Of a stretch of DNA of 64,000 nt, positions 37,501-50,028 are shown piece after piece. Below the pieces are notes generated by a model. It ran no database searches and was not told the origin of the DNA. It was given only the letters and a program-made list of their open reading frames with translations. The position numbers and the translations under genes are program-made. The DNA is taken from assembly GCA_001643675.2 (NCBI GenBank), contig LSRY02000016.1, forward strand, positions 1,240,001 through 1,304,000, written 5' to 3'. Within the stretch, counting starts at the first letter, position 1, and the number at the start of each line of letters is the position of its first letter. This stretch comes from Monocercomonoides exilis PA203. Taxonomy: Eukaryota > Protista > Preaxostyla.

Positions 37501-39750
37501 GACCCACTATCAGCGGTGGATGTGCATGTGGGGAGGTATCTGTTTGAGGAGTGTATCGTGAGGGCGCTGAAAAAGAAAGGGAAAACGGTGCTGCTGATGA
37601 CGAACCAGCTGCAGTATTTGAACAGGGCAGACAACATCATCTTGCTTTCGGGAGGGAGGATAACTGCACAAGGAACAGAAGAGGAGCTGAAGAGGATGGG
37701 GATCGACTTTAGTGAGTATGAAGTTAAAAAAGAGAGTGAAGAAGCTGAAAATGAAAATGAAGATGAAGAAAAAGCCGAAGAAGGCAGAACGAAATCAAAG
37801 AACGACCAACATCATGAAAAGAAAGAAAAACACTCAATAAAGAGAAAAGCTGCTGAGAGCTCTGAGGCGACCGCTGACTACATGAAAGGAGCAGGCGCAA
37901 AAGCGGGGAAGCAGCTAATGACAGAAGAAGAGCAAGAGACAGGGATTGTGCCAATAACAGCGTATGTGGACTACGTGCTGTCGCTGCTGCCGTGGTGGGG
38001 TGTTGTCCCCTTTGCAGTGCTGATGGTGGCAGGGGAGGCGTGCACAGTGATGGCGCAGTATTGGATGGGCGTGATTGGCACATCCTCGCAATATCCCTCT
38101 GTTTCATACGACTGGAGGATCGGGGTGTATGCGCTGCTGGCGCTCGGCAACTTCTTGCTGCTGTTTGTCCGCTCGTTTTTGATCGGGCCGATGGTGAGGC
38201 GGGCGAACAACCTGACGCACCAGCGCCTGCTCAGCCACGTTTTGCACTGTCCTTCGTCGTTTTTTGACACGACGCCGTTGGGACGGATTCTGAACAGGTT
38301 CACTGGAGACATCCCGCAGACAGACCTTCAGCTGCCTGCGATGATTCTGCAGGTGGTGACGATGTGGCTGGGGATCACCGGGCAGATTGTGATTGTTGGC
38401 GTAGACACGCCTGTATTTCTGGCTGTTGGGGTACCGGCGCTTGTGGTGTACTATTTCATGCAGCTTGTTTATTCGCGGGCGTCGCGCAATCTGCAGCGGC
38501 TGGAGTCGATGTCACGCTCGCCTGTGCTGTCGCACTTCGGAGAAACGGTTTCTGGGGCGGGGCTGTCGACAATAAGAGCATATCAGCTGGAAGACCAGTG
38601 GAGAGAGAAGTTTTATGAGCTGAATGACGAGTGGAATGTGCGGTTTGTGCTGTTTCGCGAGGGGCAGCAGTGGGCAGCGCTTTACTCGTCGTTGATATCG
38701 TCTGTGATTATGGCTGGGGTTGCGATTCTCGGATGGTTTGTGATGGAGCCGGCAAAGATGGCGATTGCGATCAACTCGGCAACGAACTTTGGGATTCTTG
38801 GGCAGCAGCTCATCCAAATGAATGTTGAGCTGGACTCGAAAATGACGAGCTATCAGAGAATTAAGTTTTACTCTACGCAACTTCCACATGAAAAAGAGCA
38901 CTCACAAAAAGAAGGAGGAGTTGAACCACCGAAAGAGTGGCCAAGTGAAGGGAAAGTGGAATATGACCATGTCACTTTCAGATATCGCCCGGGATTACCG
39001 TTTGTGCTTTCAGATGTTTCATTCACATTCAGTGGTGGAGAGAAGATTGGAATATGCGGGAGAACAGGAGCGGGGAAATCGTCTCTTCTTCATGTTCTCT
39101 TCCGCCTTGTTGAACTCGATCCTCGTCTGCAGTCGAAGATGATCGATGCGGACACAGGGTTTCCAGTTGATCCAGATCCCAGTGAAACTCCTAACAGTGG
39201 GCGAGTGCTGATTGATAGCGTGGACATCTCAAAAGTCAGATTGGGCAGGCTGAGGAGATCGATTGCGATCATTCCGCAGGACCCCACTTTGTTCACAGGG
39301 ACATTAAGATACAACTTGGATATTGGCAATAAATGCAGTGATAGCGAGATATGGGAAGTGCTGGAGATGATTGAGATGAAAGAGGTTGTTTTGGGAATGG
39401 AGTTTGGGTTGGATACACAGATGGCTGAGGGAGGGTCGAATTTCAGTTGTGGGCAGAGGCAGCTGATCTGCTTTGGAAGAGCCATGCTCAACAACTGCAG
39501 AATTGTGATTATGGATGAGGCAACGGCAAATGTGGATGTGGAGACGGATGCGAAAATACAGAACACGATTAGGAGGAAATTCAAACAGCAGACGGTGATT
39601 GTGATTGCGCACCGGCTGAATACAATTATGAGCAGCGACAGAATTATGGTGATGGAACAAGGAAAAGTTGTGGAATTGGATGCTCCGGATAAACTTTTGG
39701 CTGATCCGGACTCCAAGTTTAATTCTCTGGTTCAGAATATTAGTGAATGA
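34592..39750 (+). CDS. ABC transporter, subfamily C (MRP-like), full TMD-NBD-TMD-NBD, no TMD0; several 5' introns
   Basis: NBD1: GGVGSGKS, LSGGQKAR, LDDPLSAVD. TMD2: FFDTTPLGRILNRF, LQRLES..RSP. NBD2: GRTGAGKS, IIPQDP.LF.GTLRYNLD, FSCGQRQL, MDEATANVD, IAHRL. Confidence 0.95.
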
Positions 39751-40458
39751 ATTACGCTATCCTTTGCCATTGTTTAGATGCTTATTGCTTGTTTTAGGAA
39801 TTGTATTCAAAATGACAGAAAGTTACACCTTAGTGTTACTTGTTTAATATGTTCTTATGCTATGATTGCTTTATTTTTTGAAATATTGTTTCATTTCTTG
39901 CTTTATGTTCAATTTTTTTGAGTGTTTTATTTTTAATATTTTGATATTTTCTTTTGTTTTAGTCGATGACATTTGATTGTTTTGTTTGATATTCGAACTT
40001 TTTTCATGATATGTATTTTTTCTTTGCTGTTTTTCAACTGAGTTTCGAAAAAATAAATTATCTTGCTTTTCATGCCGGATATTATTTAAATGCAAGGAAA
40101 TTGCAATATTTTTTTTGATTGGGATTTATAAAAAATATAAAAGAAAAGCTTTGATTGTTTCATTTCTATATTTTTCGATGATAAAGATTAAAAAGTTAAG
40201 TTCAATAAAAACAATAGTTAGAATAAATTTAAAATGTTTATAAAAAAGTTACGAAACAATATCTATAATTCGCATTATTTAAAGATTCATTAAATAATAA
40301 AATTCATATTTATTTACGATTGTGCAAAATTTGTTGCAAATTTAATTAATAAAGAAAAGAAAAGAAAAGAATATTCTATTCCCATAAACAATTTTTACAG
40401 ATTGAGAAGAAAAAACAACTAGTATCACAAATAAATTTTTGAAAATTTCAAAGCTCGA

Positions 40459-40540
40459 GCACTGATGGCCGAGTGGTTAAGGCGGCAGACTCGAAATCTG
40501 CTGGGTTTATCCCGCGTAGGTTCAAATCCTGCTCAGTGCG
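40459..40540 (+). tRNA. tRNA-Ser (anticodon CGA)
   Basis: Acceptor stem GCACTGA/TCAGTGC plus G discriminator; D-arm TGGCCGAGTGGTTAAGGC; anticodon arm GCAGA-CTCGAAA-TCTGC; long variable arm; GGTTCAAATCC T-loop; 82 nt. Confidence 0.97.
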
Positions 40541-40545
40541 TTTCC

Positions 40546-40551
40546 TTTTTT
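40546..40551 (+). terminator. Pol III oligo-T terminator of tRNA-Ser
   Basis: T6 run a few bases after the tRNA 3' end. Confidence 0.7.
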
Positions 40552-40654
40552 CATTTTTGTGAAAGTTGAAAATTTGAAAAAAGAAAAAAAACCCACAAAT
40601 AACAAAAATGAAAGCATTTCTAACTACAACTATTTAACTGTTATAAAGATTGTT

Positions 40655-43520
40655 TCATTCTTCTGTGAAAACAATGGAATTCTTCCTCTTTATGTTTTCT
40701 ATTTTGGTTTCCATTTTTTCTGTTTGATCATCATTTTTTGATTCTTGCTTTTTCAAGTTTCCAATTTCATCAAATTTCACAATAATAGTTTGCGTTGATC
40801 CCATGCATTGATAGCATCCAACAATCAAAGGTGAATGAGAATACATTGATCTTCTGAGAGTAACAATTATCAGTTGTGGGACATGTTTTATTTTTGTTGA
40901 ATCTGTTGAAATCCTTGCTAAATTCTCAGACACAGGGCTTGAAGATACAAGAGAAATATCATTCAAATCCTTCGATCCAATTCCAAAAGCCGCTCCCGAA
41001 CACATCGCGACCCCAACTTTCTGTGCGAACCTTGCATCAAGCGCTCCTTCTATCTCATCCATCACGCAGAAAGGCCCAGGCCAAGCTGAATGAAAGCCCA
41101 GAATGAGGGCGATGCTGACGAGCGACTGCTGCCCGCCGGAAAGCCGGCTGAACGGCTGCCAGGTGCGCGTGCTGCTCGGCGGGCGCACGTTCAGCTGCAC
41201 GCCCACGCGATACACGAGGCTTTTGGATTCACTCAGGGAAATGACACAGTCGCCTTCATCGTCTGTGAGGAGGCGGTAGACACGGGAGACTTCGCGGTTG
41301 AGCTCTTTCACAGCAGTGGAGAGGATGGAGTAGCGCTGGTCTTCTTCGGCGGAGAGCTCGGTTTGTGCAGTATAGATGGTGACGGAGAGCTTTTCTGGGG
41401 AAGGAAGGAAGAAGAGGGGGAGGAAGAAGAAGAAGAGGAGGAGGAGGAGAAAGAAGAAGAGGAGAAGGAAGAAGGAGAAGAAAATGATTTAGGATAAATA
41501 AATAAATAATTTAATAATTTAATAATTAAATTGGCAAATAACCAATAATAAAACAAATAAAATCTTTTTCTTTCACTTCTCATTCATTCCAACAGAAATC
41601 AAACTGTCTCTGTTTTTGATCACATCCATCTCACTTTTAGCTTTGTGATATGCATCCACCAGATCCAATCGAAGCATCGCTTTTCTTTTTGCAATTTCTT
41701 CTCGCATTTCTTTCCCTTCTTCACACAAACGAGCAAACAGCCTGTCAAATTCGCTGTCGTCTGCTTCAATCGCTTCATCTTCTGAATCTTCACTTCCGGA
41801 ACGCAATGAAACAGCTGCTCTTGTTCTCATTTTGTCTTTCTCCATCGCTGAACTTCGAGTCCTTCTTGAATGTTGATAATCGTCTTCTTCCTCTTCTCCT
41901 CTTCCCTCTCTTCCCTCTCTTCCCTCTCTTTCCCTTTCCTTTTCTTTATTCTTCCACTCTTTAACCCCCAACTCCTCCATCTCCTTCTCACACTCCGGTA
42001 TCAGCCCATCCGCGCTCTTCATCCTTCCCACCAGCTGCCTTCTTTGCTCCTCTTTCTTCTGCAGCTGCTCTGAACGCTCCACCAAATCGAGATTCAACTC
42101 CATCACTCGCCTTTCCATTTGATCTGCAGCTGACACAGCTTCCCCCTTTTTCTGTTTGAATTCTTTCATCTTCTCGTTCGCTGCTTTGAGCTCTTGCTCG
42201 TTCCATTCAGACGCCACTTCGACTTGCCCCAGCTGTTTTTGCAAGTTTTGAATGGAATTTTCATTTTCCCTTTGAATTTCCTCTTGTTTCGCCTTCTGCT
42301 GAGTAAGCTTCTTCATCTCTCTTTCGATTGTTCTGCATTCCTTTGAGGCAGACGCAACATTTTCATTCGCTTTTGCCACTTCTTCTTTGAGTGCTTCTCC
42401 AGCTTCGTCTCTGTTTGCTGCTTTGTTCTGCTCCAGCTGCTGTTGCAGCTCGGAAATTGCGTCTTCCACTCGCTTCATCCGCGTCTCAGCTTCTTCTCGC
42501 AGTGCTTTTCGCTCTTCTTCCTCTTTTTCTTCTTTTTCTTTCTTCTTTTTGGCTTCTTCTGTTTTGTTTGAAAGATTTTGTGAGTTTTCTTCCGAATTTA
42601 TTCTTTCTTCTGTTTTTTCGCCTGCCACCGCCTCCAAAAGATCAATTTCCTGTTGCAATTTTTGCACATTTCTTTCAACTTCAGAAATTTCGCTTTGAAT
42701 CAATTGAACTTCCTTTTCCTTTCCCACAGCTAACGTTCTCCTTTGAAGAACTTTTGATTTCGCCTCGTTTTCTTCTTTTTGCAAGCGACGAATACTCAAA
42801 ATTTCACGTTGACTTCTTTCCAAGCAGCTGTTGATAGACTGCTCAATTTGAGCTTTTCTGTTGTTTGCTTCAGTCATTTCTGCCTCTGCTTCTCTTTTGC
42901 CGTCAAAAAGAGCATTTTTAAGTGTTTTTATTCGCTCGTCTGTTTCATTCAATCTTTTTTCTATTTGTTTGACTTGTTCTTTCTCATTGTTTTTCATTTC
43001 CTTTTCCTTTTGTTCCTTTTCGTCCCAATCTTCAACACTTTTCAGCAGAAACACGTTTTCACCTTGTTTTTGGCTTTCATTCGATTTGTCCTCCACAAAA
43101 AACGAAACTTCCCCGTCGCTTCGGAAAACGGCGCCTGAAAGCGTCACAAGATGAATCGGAGCTGAAAAGGAAGAAGAAGAAGAAGAAGAAGAAGAAGAAG
43201 AAGAAGATGATGATGATGATGATGATGATGAATTCCATGTTTGATGCGTAGCTTTCTGAGCAGCCATCAGCTTCTGCTTGATAAGCACAGCTGTTTCTGT
43301 ATCGCTGCAGATCCACCAGTCCTTCGTCTTCTCTGCAAAATAAGCTTCAAACACCCTTTCGCTGAAGCGAAGCACGTCAAAAAGGCGAATGCAGCGATGC
43401 TCATTCAGAATGCGCTGTTGAATTTCATTTAGTCTGTTGCTTTGTTTGCTCCTCTGCTGCTGCTGCAGTTGTGGTTGTTCAGAAAAACTAGTTTTTCTAT
43501 CACCAAATAATTCTTCCCTT

Positions 43521-43551
<31 letters not shown>

Positions 43552-46427
43552 TTCCCTCTTGTTCTTCATCATTATCAAGCTCTTTCCATTCTTTCCTCTC
43601 ATATCTCTTTCCTTTCTTCTTCTGCTCCTCCAGAATCACACAGTGCACAACTCCAATCCTTCTCAGTGAAAACTCCCTCGAAACAGCCACTGCGTCATTG
43701 CGACTCTGCACAAACACATTTTTCAGCTGCGGTTTCAGCGCGGTGTTGGCTGCAATTGAATATTCCTTCTTCACTTCAGCCACCATCGCCAAGATGCCAT
43801 ACACCCCACTTGAATTTGACTGACAATCATCATCATTGTGGATTTGATTGAGTTTCTCTTTCTCTTTCATTTGAAGTTCAATTTTCTGCTTCTGTTTCTG
43901 CTTCTGCTGTTGCATCTGAACATTCCCCACTGCCGACAAGAACAGAGACGCGTATCTCGACGCACGAGAAGCCAAAACCGAAAGCGGAGTTCCGATTCTT
44001 CTCTCTTCAAACGCCAAACACTCGCCACTCTGCTCTCCACTGAGCAAACGCTTTCTTTCTGCTTCTAATTTTTGAAGTTCATTTTCCCCGTTTTGCCTTT
44101 GCCACTCAAAACTTCTGACAAAATTCTGCTTTTGCCGCTCGATTTCTTCGGCTTCGCGTTCGAACTGCTCTTTTTCTGCTTTGAGGGCAGAAATATTCGC
44201 TTCCACTGCTTTTAGCTTGGCTCGTAAAGTGTCCAGCTCTTCTTCTGCTTTTTGCAGCTCTTCCTCAGTCAATTTGGCTTCATTTGCTGCTTCTTCAAAT
44301 CTTTTCTGTGATTTTTCCCTTTTTTCCTTCTCTTTCTCAAATTCCTTCTGTTTCGCTTTCAGTTCATTGACTGTGCTGGAAATTGCGTCTGTCGAATGGA
44401 ATTCTTCAGAATTCGCAGAAATTTCGCTGTTTTTCTCTTCAAACAGAAAAGAAGTGCTTCGCCGCAGCCGCTCAAGTTTGCCCTGGAGAATAAGAATTTG
44501 TGACGTGATGTGCTCGTTAATGGACTCTGGTGAGTCGTTTTCTTCGCTTTCTTCTTCCTCCTCCTCTTCTTCTTCTTCTTCTTCTTCTTCTTCTTTATAA
44601 TCAAAATTATCTTCTTCTTTATCTTCATTTTTTCCCTCTTCATTGGAATTCACAGAATCTGCTAATTTTCTTTCCTTTTTTCCCTTCCTGCGCTGTAATT
44701 TCCTTATCTTTTTTCTTTTCTCCTTCAATTCGTTCAAATGCTCACTCAACTTTTCGCTCTTCTCCTTTTGCAGCTGAATCGCTTCTGCCATCCGCTCTTT
44801 AGCTGCTTCTCTTCTCTGCTTCAATTTCGCCTCTTTTCCTTCCAGCTGCTCTGCTTTCGCTGCATTTTCCTTGTTTTCCTTTGTTTTTCTCTCAATTTCT
44901 CTTTCTAATGCATTTCTCTTCCTCTTCAACTCCTCTGCCTCGTGTGTCAGCTCGTTTATCCGCTCTGCGGCGACTTCTCTTTTTTGCTCTGTTTCTGCTA
45001 TTTCTGTCTGTTTAGCTTTGATTTCCCTTTCCAGGCGCCGCTTCTCAGAGGCGTCGGCCTCTTGGGTCCTTTGCCCGCTGATCAGCTCTTGTTCGACCTT
45101 GTGAGGAAGGAGAGCGAATTCATATTTTCAAAAGAAATTTTTATAATTTTATTGTATGTTTTTTTCCCCAATTGATTTCAATCAATATGATAAATTTAAT
45201 ATTAAGAGAAAGAAAAAGAAGAAATTTTGAAAATAAAATAAAATAAAAAATAAAAAATTAAAAAAAGCAGAATAAAATTAAGAAGACGAGGCATATGATA
45301 TAAACAAAAATAAAAAAAGATATTGAATTAAAAACAATAAGAAAGCCATTCAAAGCAAACTGATGCAAGTTCGGCTTGGAGTGAGGCATGCCTTGCGTCC
45401 AATAGATTTCTTTTTCGCTTTGCAATTGATTTGAGGCTTTCAGTGGTTTTCAGTTCTTCCAATCTGCATTGCTCGTATTCAGAGACGTATGGAGCATTTT
45501 CCATAAGCACTTTCTCTTTTTCTTCGAAGTCTTTGCGAAGCTCAAATTGATTCAGCTGCAAATCTCCAATTATTTGTTTCTGAATATTTGAATATTTTTT
45601 TCGAAAGAAAATAAAATTAAATAACATTCAAAAAATAAGAAATGATAAAAACTCCAAATAAAAGGAATTTCAAAACTTTTTCTTGGATTTTGTGGATAAT
45701 CCCAGAACTTCCAATAAATTCCTCTAAATAATCCATAAGCTCCTGAGGAGTTTTGCTCCCAAAGGTGTGTGTTTTGTTTTGAAGCAGAGAATAACTAAGG
45801 TTGTCACAGCGTCAATGATTATGGATCTTATTCAAAAATGCAAACCGATCAGAAAAGTCTATTTGAAGACCATAGTTTGACAAAAAAGCTGATAGATCTT
45901 CTCTCGTAATTTTCCGAAATTTTCTTTTTTTGGATTTTAAAGGCTCAAAACCCTTTGATTTATCCGTCCCGTCAAACAGAAAGAATTGCGTTTTAGATTC
46001 ATTAAATGCTCTTTTGACTTTAATCATTTGAGAATGAGCTTCCTCAGAATTAACACTTCTGCACAAAAAATTTAGAGTTACACTTCCTTCTCGTTCTCCT
46101 CTGCTGTATGCAGACGAATTAATCAATGAACTGAAAAATCAAATTGTGTTTGCCAAATGAAATATGTAAAATAATGAACTTCAAACCTAATTGTATCGCC
46201 TCTTATTTCTGTTGAGCGATGACCAAGACCAAACAATATTGCTGTTTTGTGTAATTTTCCTTTTATAACAGAAAATATTTAATAACATTTTTTCAGACCA
46301 TCAATGATATTCGATTTTCCAGAACCATTTGGGCCGATAACGGTGCAGAATTTAGGATGAAAACAAATTGTTGATTTATGGTCATAGCTTTTAAAATTAT
46401 GAAGCTCGATTGATTCAAGCCAAATCA
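40655..46427 (-). CDS. SMC4: SMC-family ATPase, SMC4 (condensin)-like, divergent; multi-exon
   Basis: N-terminal exon MIWLESIELHNFKSY...FHPKF..VIGPNGSGKSNIID; long coiled coils; hinge (GVYGIL...EYSIA, LVTLSG); C-terminal GVQLNVRPP..TW...LSGGQQSL...GFH...PFCVMDEI. The VRPP..W and ALxxxxH..P.P..VMDEI pattern is SMC4-type. Confidence 0.78.
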
Positions 46428-46614
46428 TTGAAAAACATAAATATAAATCATTGTAGAATAATAAAAAAAATGAAGGGACATTTTTATAAACACAATGGAG
46501 ATTAACTTTATAGATAACAAAATAATATTTAAAAAAATATAAAATTTTTGAAACAAAAATTAAAAATTTATTTGTCCATTGAAATGATTTTTCTATATTT
46601 TGCTCAATTTCACT

Positions 46615-47268
46615 TCAGGCTTCAACCTCAGTTGCAACAATGGCTTCAGAGTTCTTGATAGCATCTCGTTGATAAGAAAGAATAGATTTATGATCCGGAG
46701 ATGGTTGATAGGGCTGTTTTTTACCATATCCCATTCGACGTCTATTCGAAAGACATTTCAAAAATAATAATTTGAAAAAAAAAAAAAAAAATGCATACTT
46801 CACGCATCTCCAAATTGTATACACAACTGCAGTCGTAGCAAAAATTGTCAAAACACCAGCAACAATTACAACAACCATCCATTCTTTAAACAAAAGAACA
46901 ATAATTTTGTAATATAACTTTCATTCTCAAACTTGAATTCATCATAAAATCGTCTTGTCGGGATGCATTATCTGCTTTTGATTTGGATATTTTCAATTGG
47001 CTTGAATCGTCAACATTTGGATTGATCATATTAATATCCTTTTCATTGGATAAGACATTCTCAATTCCAATGTGAAGGGGGTAATACGAGTTTGTATCAA
47101 TTTGCGGGAATATTTTATTTTGAACAGATGTTGTGAAAGAGTCTATTTTTGTGTGTGAAAAAAAAAAAAAAAATAACAAATAGAATTTGGATAAAATTGA
47201 GAGGAAAAACTTTCTTGATACAAATCAAAGGCGCAGGCATAACAAACAAATGAAATGAATCTCCACAT
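46615..47268 (-). CDS. Small single-pass membrane protein (about 4 exons)
   Basis: ATG at 47268 begins a signal-like MWRFISFVCYACA. A later exon carries a TM (WMVVVIVAGVLTIFATTAVVYTIW) followed by a basic tail ending EVEA*. Confidence 0.55.
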
Positions 47269-48096
47269 TTTCAAAGGATTAGCTCCAATCAAATTTCCTT
47301 TGTGAATTAAAAATTCGTATCAAATATCATTAGTATTTATCTATTATTTTTATGGGCTTATGAAATTGTTTCTAATCATTAGCGAAGATTTATTTTTCTA
47401 AAAAATGACTTGTTTTATTCATTAGAAAACTTGAAAGTGATGTCTGGTTCACTGTCATTTATATTTTTCTTGTGGATTAATTTTTTGAACAGAAAAAATC
47501 CAATTTTCACTCAATAAATATATTTTCTAATCAATTATTTTCACAATCTTCTTATTATTTTTGAATTTAACATAATAAATCAAAATTGATGAAAAATAGT
47601 AAACAAAAAGATTTCTTATTGAGTTCGACAAAATATTGAATACTGTTTTTATGAAGAAATATTAGAAAATAATGAGAAAACACACATTCATTTTTTTTCA
47701 AATAATTGCTGCAAACAACAGAATTTCAATCATTTTCATAATAAAAATTTTCTTGTTAAACGAACAAGTTCAAAACAAAAAAATCAACAAAATGGATTAT
47801 TATTTTCGTGATCAATTTTTTTCCTACAATATTTTCTCTTTGAATATTTGTTTTGAATGTTCATGAATGATTCCTGAAAAGAGGAAATGTGACATACAGA
47901 TATTTGTATTGAATTGAGGTTGCTGATATTGAGCATTTGAATAAATTCAATTGTGCAAATATTAAAAACACTTTTGAATAATCTAAATACTTAAAAAAGT
48001 TAGTTTTGAAAGAAAAATTTCACAAATGAGATTTCACTTATTTATTTATTTATTTCCGTAAAGTCTCGAATGTTTAAATGACTAATTTTTTTTGTT

Positions 48097-48302
48097 AAGT
48101 TCCTTTTGTTTAATTTTCAAATAAAATAAAAATTTCAAATTCCAATCAAATTTATGTTCCCACTCACCAAATTTTCCTGTTAAGAAAAAAAAACCTTGAC
48201 ATTGGTATTATTTTTATTTTTGTGAAGTTTCATGAGAGAGAACAGAAATTTGATTGAAAAATGAAATTTTTATTTTATTTGTAAATTAAACAAAAGGAAC
48301 TT
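48097..48302. repeat. Hairpin/MITE-like inverted repeat with ~57-bp arms
   Basis: AAGTTCCTTTTGTTTAATTTTCAAATAAAATAAAAATTTC... (from 48097) and its reverse complement ending at 48302 differ at about 4 positions. Confidence 0.75.
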
Positions 48303-48414
48303 TTCAAAAAAATTTTGACGTATAGGGAAAAATATATTTTTTTCACACATTTTCATAGAATAATTATGCACTTTTTATTGACTTTTTTTAATCATTAAAT
48401 ACAATAAAAATTTA

Positions 48415-48584
48415 TCCATTTTTTGGCATTCGTGAAATGTTGGAAAACTTCATGTTTTGATTTCAATAACACATGTTTACGGATATGAAAATGAAATCTA
48501 TTTCAAAATTTGATTAAGTTATTTAATGTTATAAACGAAGCAATTTTTTTATGCTTTGTGCAATAAAAGCTTGAAAGTCCGTAT
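48415..48584. repeat. Dispersed non-coding repeat, copy B
   Basis: Inverted match to 26227-26396. Confidence 0.8.
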
Positions 48585-49443
48585 ATACCCCCATATGTTT
48601 ATATTTGGGCAATTTATTTTCAAAATTTAACAAAAGCGATTTTTCAAAAAAAAATGCCCTTTTCAAGTTCTCTGAAGAAAAATGTGTTTTTGCGATAGTT
48701 GAGTTCAGACAATAAAATATTTTCTGATGGAGTTCTTTTCATTGGATTGAATAACAAGCTCAATTTTCTTCACACTTCTTCAAAAATTCTCATTCTTTTT
48801 TGGGGGCTTATTTCCTTGAATATTTCACACAAATTCGAAAAGATAATTATTTTTCAAAAATAATAAACATCAAAAAAGAATCACTCATTTTCATGTTTTA
48901 ATTTTTGATATGGGTATTTTTTTTAATGAAAGATCACTAAATTTCAATTACCACCTAGCATTATTTTTAAAAATTTCACAATATTCCATCACATTGTTAT
49001 TATAAAGGGATATAAAATAAACAGTGATGTTCCTATAACAAACATATTTGCTGATGAGTGAAATGAACATTTATGATCGCAATACGAAGGAATATTGTGA
49101 AAAATCAATAATTCATTTTGAAAGAGAAATTAATATTTTGTGGCATTTCCTAAAACAATACCCATTAATAAAAATATAATTCATTTTATTTAAATAAAAA
49201 TGGGGCAAAATTCTTTCATTTATGAATAAAAAACGGTTTGTTCCAAACTTTTTCAACAACCTTTTCATAATAAGTCTATCATTCCCTTGTTAAAAGAATA
49301 AAGAAAATATAAAATATCGAAAAAACTTTTTTAGGTGAAGAATGGAACAAATTTTTAAAAGCTAAAATTTTCGTACCAAATGCAATAAATTATTTTTATT
49401 TTCCATATTTTTTAGCTGAAAACATGCGAAAGTGATTTGGTTT

Positions 49444-49491
<48 letters not shown>

Positions 49492-50028
49492 GAAGTAGAA
49501 GAAGACATATTTTGTTCTTAATTTCCAAAAAGGCTCCAAACAAATACTGAAAAAATTTTGCAAAAGATTTCTGAATTTGAGGCAATCCTTTCATTCTTTG
49601 TCATCCAATTCATTAATTTTCGAACAACATAAAGCAAAAATACACCCGGCAAATAATTGCCGCTTTTCCCAATTATTGAAATCTTGCGTATAAAAAGCCA
49701 ATAAATGAATTACAAGGTTTTTTCTTTTTTTCTTTTTTAACCTATCATTCTGAAATGAACAATTCAAACAAAAATTTGATGAAGGAGTGCTGCAATTGTC
49801 ATTCTCAAAGAAATATGACAAATACAGCTCATCAAACAGCATCAATGGAATATATTCCTCAAAGCGCTATGAAAATTAAACGAAAGAAATGAAAACGAAA
49901 AATGATCTTGGGTGATATTGCTCAAAACTGTTGCACTTCCTTTTTCTGCTGCCAGTCATCAGTTTCTTTATTTTGTCTTGAATTCCCTCTATTCATTTTC
50001 AGTAATTGATCATCTCTTTGGGCATCTA

